Shown here: one piece after another, positions 12,001 to 18,000 of the stretch
Layout: every line of letters starts with the position of its first letter
Position numbering within the stretch: the stretch's first letter is position 1
Assembly: GCA_041624095.1 (NCBI GenBank)
Contig: JBFJVR010000001.1
Coordinates: 1-30,923, forward strand
DNA length: 30,923 nt
DNA from: Oleiphilaceae bacterium
GTDB taxonomy: Bacteria > Pseudomonadota > Gammaproteobacteria > Pseudomonadales > Oleiphilaceae
Reading direction: 5' to 3'
The notes under the pieces: generated by a model
What the model was told of the DNA's origin: nothing
What the model saw: the letters and a program-made list of their open reading frames with translations, nothing else
Database searches by the model: none
Position numbers and translations under genes: made by a program

Positions 12001-15000
12001 GCAGACTATGAGTTGCAGGTTTCGATCGAGGATCATGCCTACGATGAGTTGAAATTTACGCCAGACCCAGTGCTCGAAAACGAAGCCGAGCAAGCGCTGA
12101 ATAACCAGATTCAAGATATTGACGATGCATCGAACTGGTTTACCTTTGACGACGGCGCAATTGGCGACGGAACGCTCGATGCTGCTACGCCGCATGCGGT
12201 TATTACCGGTTCCGGAGACGGGTCTGTGGATCGCTATCAATTCAGCATCGACTACAACATGCTGAACCCAAATGCCGGCGACCTTGATGCAGTAAACAGC
12301 CTGATAGATGGCAAGCTCTGGTATACCGCTGCAACAGTGAATCTGTCGGCAGCACATACCATCGCAAGTGGAGAACTATGGAGTATTACGATTAATGGCA
12401 TGCAGTACGATTATGCAGCGCAGCCAGGTGATGGCATCAATCAAGTTGCAGAGGGGCTTGAACTCAGCGTTAATTCACAGATCGACGCGAGCGAGAACGT
12501 CACTGTAGATGCTTCAGGTAGCAGTCTCATTGTAAGCGCAACCACCGGTTCGGCGTTTACGCTTGGTGACGACGGCTCCCTTGTAGGCAACGTCGCAACA
12601 GAGCCTGATGCCATCGTCGGTAACACTATTGTTAACCCATACACCACAGCCAGTTCAACGCGTTTTGGCAGCTATACAGAGACGTTCACCAACGCCTTGT
12701 TAAGCATTACCGGAGACGCCAATGCGAATTCCTCGTGGGCGGTTCAAGTCGGTGGCGTCGAAGTAGCCAGATACGATGCAGCTACAAGCGATGTCGCACG
12801 AAATACAGTCTTGCAGGCACTGGCGGACAATTCCGGTGGAGCAATTGTTGCCGATACGGCAAACGGAACCTTAACTGTAACGGGTGGTGGAGACTCCGTT
12901 GTACTCGTGGTTACCGGTGATGCCAGCGGTGTGGATGTGGGTATCAGTAAAACACTAAGTGCTGGCGTCGATGTAACGGCTGATTCGCTGAACATTGCGC
13001 TAACAGGTGACTGGTCTTATGGCGGCGATGTCTGGACATTGACCCACAGTGGTCAGGTCTTCACCTATACAACGCCAGGCAATACGGTCGACAGTATCGA
13101 CGATGTGGCCGCCGCATTGGCCGCCGAGATTCGGAATCTGACGAATGCCAATGGACGCAATAGTGACGGCATCGTCAACAGCTCTGCCTCGGCCACGGGC
13201 GGCGTGATTAGCTTCGACACTATTTACACCGGGGCGAATCCCGACGCATCCAATGTGAGCTATTCAGTCACGCGCAGCGATACAGCCGATACTATCGCCG
13301 ACACCAACAGCTATATGATTTCGCAAACAATTGACCTGAATGGTACCTTTGCGGCGGGTGAAACCTGGGATATTCGTGATGGCGGTACGAGCTTGCTAAC
13401 CGGTACTTATGTTGCTGGCACCAACGGCGATACTAACTATACCGGTTTAGCTCAGCAGCTCGCGGCACTGGATGATGGCAGCGACAGTTATCAGATAAGC
13501 GCCAATGGCGAACAGTTGGTCGTAACACTGACTACCAACGACGAAACGGCGACGCTTAACCTTAATGCTCAGGTTGTTGCTGCGACGAATGCGCTTACAA
13601 CCAGCAATGGCAGTGTTGGACCAGTAGTCGCCGCAACGATTGATTTTAGCCCTGTTAGTGCAGGGGACAGCGTCACCTTTAGCTTGTCAGCTGCGGGCGG
13701 CGGAAGCCCCAGCGTTAATCAGGCGTTTACCAACATCACAGCGCTGGAAACACTGATCAATGGCGGTGGAAGCTTTGCCAATTATAGTGCTAGCGTGAGC
13801 GGTGATGTACTCAGTATCACCTTTAATGATGGCAGCGATAGGGCCGTTTCGGTCTCTAGCGCAAGCTATACAGGCTCTGTACAAGGTTCCGGCACGGCAG
13901 ACACCGATGTGGCGACCGCGACGATTAACCTGGCAAATGACCGCGAGTTTGTTGTCAATGAAACCTGGACCTTATTCGATGGAACAAATGAAATAGCCAG
14001 CCACCTTGTAACGAATGCATCCAGCATCGCGGATCTGATCAACAACAATCTGGCCTCTGGCCTAAGCGCAGCGTATAACCTTGTGTATGACAACGCCGCC
14101 GAAGAGCTGCGGATTACCGCTAATGCAGGTAGCTTTTCTGGTGACTTTAGTCTTGTCATTACTAAAGCAGGCTCAGTTGGCAACGTATCGGCAATCACTG
14201 CCGAATTGCCACAAACAGTAATTCTAGGACAGTTAATTACCCTTGATGCGCCCAACCTGGTGCAGACAGGAGATATTTGGACGCTCGATATCCAAGGCAT
14301 TGCTACCGATGGCAGTTTTGTATCGAGCCAGAATTACACTACGAGCAATCCCGCGCTAAGCGCAATCGCCAGTCAGTTCGAAACCCAGCTGACAGCCGAG
14401 AGTGCACTGAGCATTGTTAGTTCCGGCAATACCTTGTTGGTCGAGCGCAACGATGGCAGCGCCCTTGTTATCTCTGAGCTAAGTAATCAACGTGCCGATG
14501 CTGAAAGCGCATTAGCTGCGACTCAGGACACGCGCTCACATTACAGCACTGCTGAGATTGACCTGGCGGGTAGCCCAAGTAAGGGGAAAATCTGGATTGT
14601 CACCATCGACGGCCAGGACTTTGATTATGCGGCGACCAGCAGCGACACCAACCTGAATCTGATAGCCCAGGGTCTGCGCGATAGGATTATGGAAGATACG
14701 GCCACTCACGGCTATGTCGCCATGGTTGCTGATGGCGCGACCTCAATCGTACTGACGAACCTCCGCTCAGCCACGGTTGAAGTTGATTATGCTAACGCCG
14801 GTACGGCCCTCGGTTTATTCGACCTGCAACAGGCCGTGACAACCACAGAGAAAGTACTTAGCGATACGCTATCCAGTAGCAGTACAACTACGACGCCATC
14901 GTCGTCCCAATATGTCAGTGGCGAATATCGTTATACAACCAACACTAGCACCTATGTTCGTGTTGACGAAACGACCAAAGTGTACCACCAGATCGTTAAG

Positions 15001-18000
15001 ACACCGTATCTTCGTCTGATCAATGCAGCTGACCCTACGACAGTTTTGCTTGAGGTCATTGGCGACAACCCGCAGTTGCCATACGGCTTTACGACCGAGG
15101 GCGACTACTACATCGAAACCGGTTATCAGGTTGAGACCAACGAAATACGCGAAACCAGCACTAAAACGACCCAAACAGTACATCGTACGGTCAATGTCGA
15201 ACGCTTTATTGTTGTTGGTTATTTCCAATGGTCGACTAACAACAGCAGCTGGACTTCATCTTCTACACAAGTCTCAACGCCGGTGAATACGGCTAATATC
15301 CTTCCGACTTATGACACCGGCGTCATTGGTGGCAGCAGTTATCGACTAAACGTGTCGTTGCAAGAACATGCGATTAACAGTTCCGCTTTCGACTTAACCG
15401 GGATGGTAATTCGCATAACAGAGGGCGCTGGCTTTGATGATGCCACGGGTATTGGCCAAACGGCAGTGATCACCAGCTTCGACCCGCTTACCGGTGCGGT
15501 TAGCGTTACGCCGACTACGCCAAGCGCTTGGGCAATTGATGACACTACACGGTATCAGATCGAATACGACATCAGTTCCCAGTATGCAGCTTATGCGATA
15601 GACGAAAATGTAAACTGGATGAACGACAGCTACAAGATAGCGCTAACCGCAGCACCAAGTGCGGATTATAGTATTAATGTGAATGCCATTGATGCGCGTA
15701 GCTATAATGCTGACTTAGCCTTCAGTGACCCAAGCAATGCTGAATTCTTGCAGTCACAGGTTGATATTGCTGCGCTTAGCCGCTTAGTCGGCTTTACGGT
15801 GGACGCCTGGGATACGCCGGTTACCATTAATATTTCGGCTATAGACGACGCAGTTATCGACGGTGGCGACGCGAAAGTGGTCGCACCTCCGGAAGAGCGA
15901 ATTAACCAGATTCGCGGCCCTTTAACCATCGACGGCGGTATTCGTACCAACCAAGAAGCGGTCATCAACAACCCGCATATGCTGCCAGACGAAAACAATT
16001 GGATCATCGCTGACGGCTTACTTACAGCCGATGCCAGCATAGCCGGCAATGGCGAGTTAAACATTATCGATACTGGTGCAACACATTTCGATCCGGATAA
16101 CCCGGACGTATTGCAGAACCCCGGTTTTGACCCGCGCGCTAACGACGCCCCTTATGAGATATTGTTTGTCTCTGGCGCACTCGAAGGCATGTCTTTCGAT
16201 GTAGTGGAGGGCAGCGTAAGCGGTGCCCAGTTAACTATTCGTCCTATTGGTGCGGTGTTCGGTGAAGATGGCTGGCCGATGGATAGCGATGGCAATCCGC
16301 TGCTACCACTTGCCAGTGACAGCTATGTGTTCCGCCCAGTAAACCGCAACACCTTGGTTGAAGAGTCCTCACAAGTAGATGTAATGAGTATATTCAACGG
16401 CGACAGCCCGGCAGACGACGAGGGGGTTCTCACCGCAAATCGGCTCTCCGGTTTTGGCATGGGCGGCGACACGGTTATTGCAGGTGAAACCATTCTCGGC
16501 GGTATCCACTACGCCAACCTCGAAAATCTGAATATTGAACTGGGCAGTGGTAACGACACCCTGACTATCGAATCGACTCATCAAGGCACAACTAGCGTGA
16601 TGGGCGGCGCAGGCGAAGACCAGGTGCGCGTCAAAACCATTGCCGGACAAACCTTTGTCGACGGCGAAACTGGTAGTGATGGCGTAGTCGTAAGCAGTGA
16701 TGCACAGCAGCTCGATCAGATCATGTCACTACTCACCGTCATCGGAGATAGTGGCCCCAGCGGTGCTGATGGCGAAGTCGATACCCTGACTATCGACGAC
16801 AGTCTCGACACCAACGACAATACAGCACAGCTAACAAAAGATACGCTGACAGGGCTCGATATGCCGAGCATTCAGGAGCAACAGCAGATCTACTTACAAG
16901 CTGACTCGGGAACCTTCGATTTAAGCTTAGCGGGCTATGGCACACTCACCGTCGATTGGAACGTTTCAGAAAGCCAACTGGCGGCTGACATTCAGAGCTT
17001 GATCGACACCGTGCATACTGAACCCGGCTTTAACGGTGGCGTTCAGGTTTCATTATCGCTTGCAGACGGATTGCCACAGCGTACCTACGAGATTCGCTTT
17101 ATCAACGACTTGGCTGGTATTGATATGCCCCGGTTTGAAGTGGATGGTGCACTGCTTGGCGCTCCGACCAGCTTTACGCCAAGAATCGAGAGCCAGACCC
17201 TGCAAGATGGTGGAACCGAGCCGCAAACGATGCAAAACGTGTTTGTGCTTGAAATGCTGTCGCAAACGGGCACCTTCCAGTTAGGCCTCTTGGATGAAGT
17301 AATTACCTTAAACAACAATGTAAGCGAACAAGACTTTTTTGCTGCGCTTGACCCCATTCTGAATCCGAACAATCAACCCGACAGAGTCTCGACCTACCCG
17401 GGTACAAATGGTTTTCAGCTGAAGAAGGCTGGTACAAGCTTTATTTTGGTGCTGCAAGGTGAACATCAGGAGCTGATTCTTGATCAAAACAATATCCTAT
17501 CGGGTGATGTTTCACTCACGCAGCGCGCAGACGGTATTAACTATTACAGTATCGAAGAGCTGAATATCATCACCGGCGCAGGGAATGACCGTATAAATGT
17601 GCTGTCGACCAATGCCGGGACGACGACCAATATCAACGCGGCAGCCGGTAGTGACCAGTTCCATGTTGCATCGACTGCCAATGGCAGTTTTTCACGGCAG
17701 GACACTGCCGATGGCGTACTTGATGGCATTCAAGGCACTTTGAATATTGACGCGGGTAGCGAGCACAATGCGCTATATGTCAGTGACTTCGATAGCCTCG
17801 TAGCGGATACCGGTGTAGTGCTCAGCGATGGTCAGATTCAGGGCATGTCGCTAGGCGATATCAACTACACCGCGACAGGCGGCAGCTTCGATAACGATCT
17901 GGTGATTTGGGCCGGGCAGGGTGCCGACAACATTAGCCTTAGCTCGGTATATCAACAAAGTGTCTCGATCACGAGTTTGTATACCAACGCCGGGGCAGAC

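Noticed and set aside
11674-12357. 227-aa minus-strand ORF, and the many other 60-150 aa ORFs antisense or out-of-frame within the giant gene (e.g. 4107-4565, 13866-14300)
   Set aside because: Fully nested in a clearly coding frame, with no recognisable motifs; expected shadow ORFs from biased codon usage.
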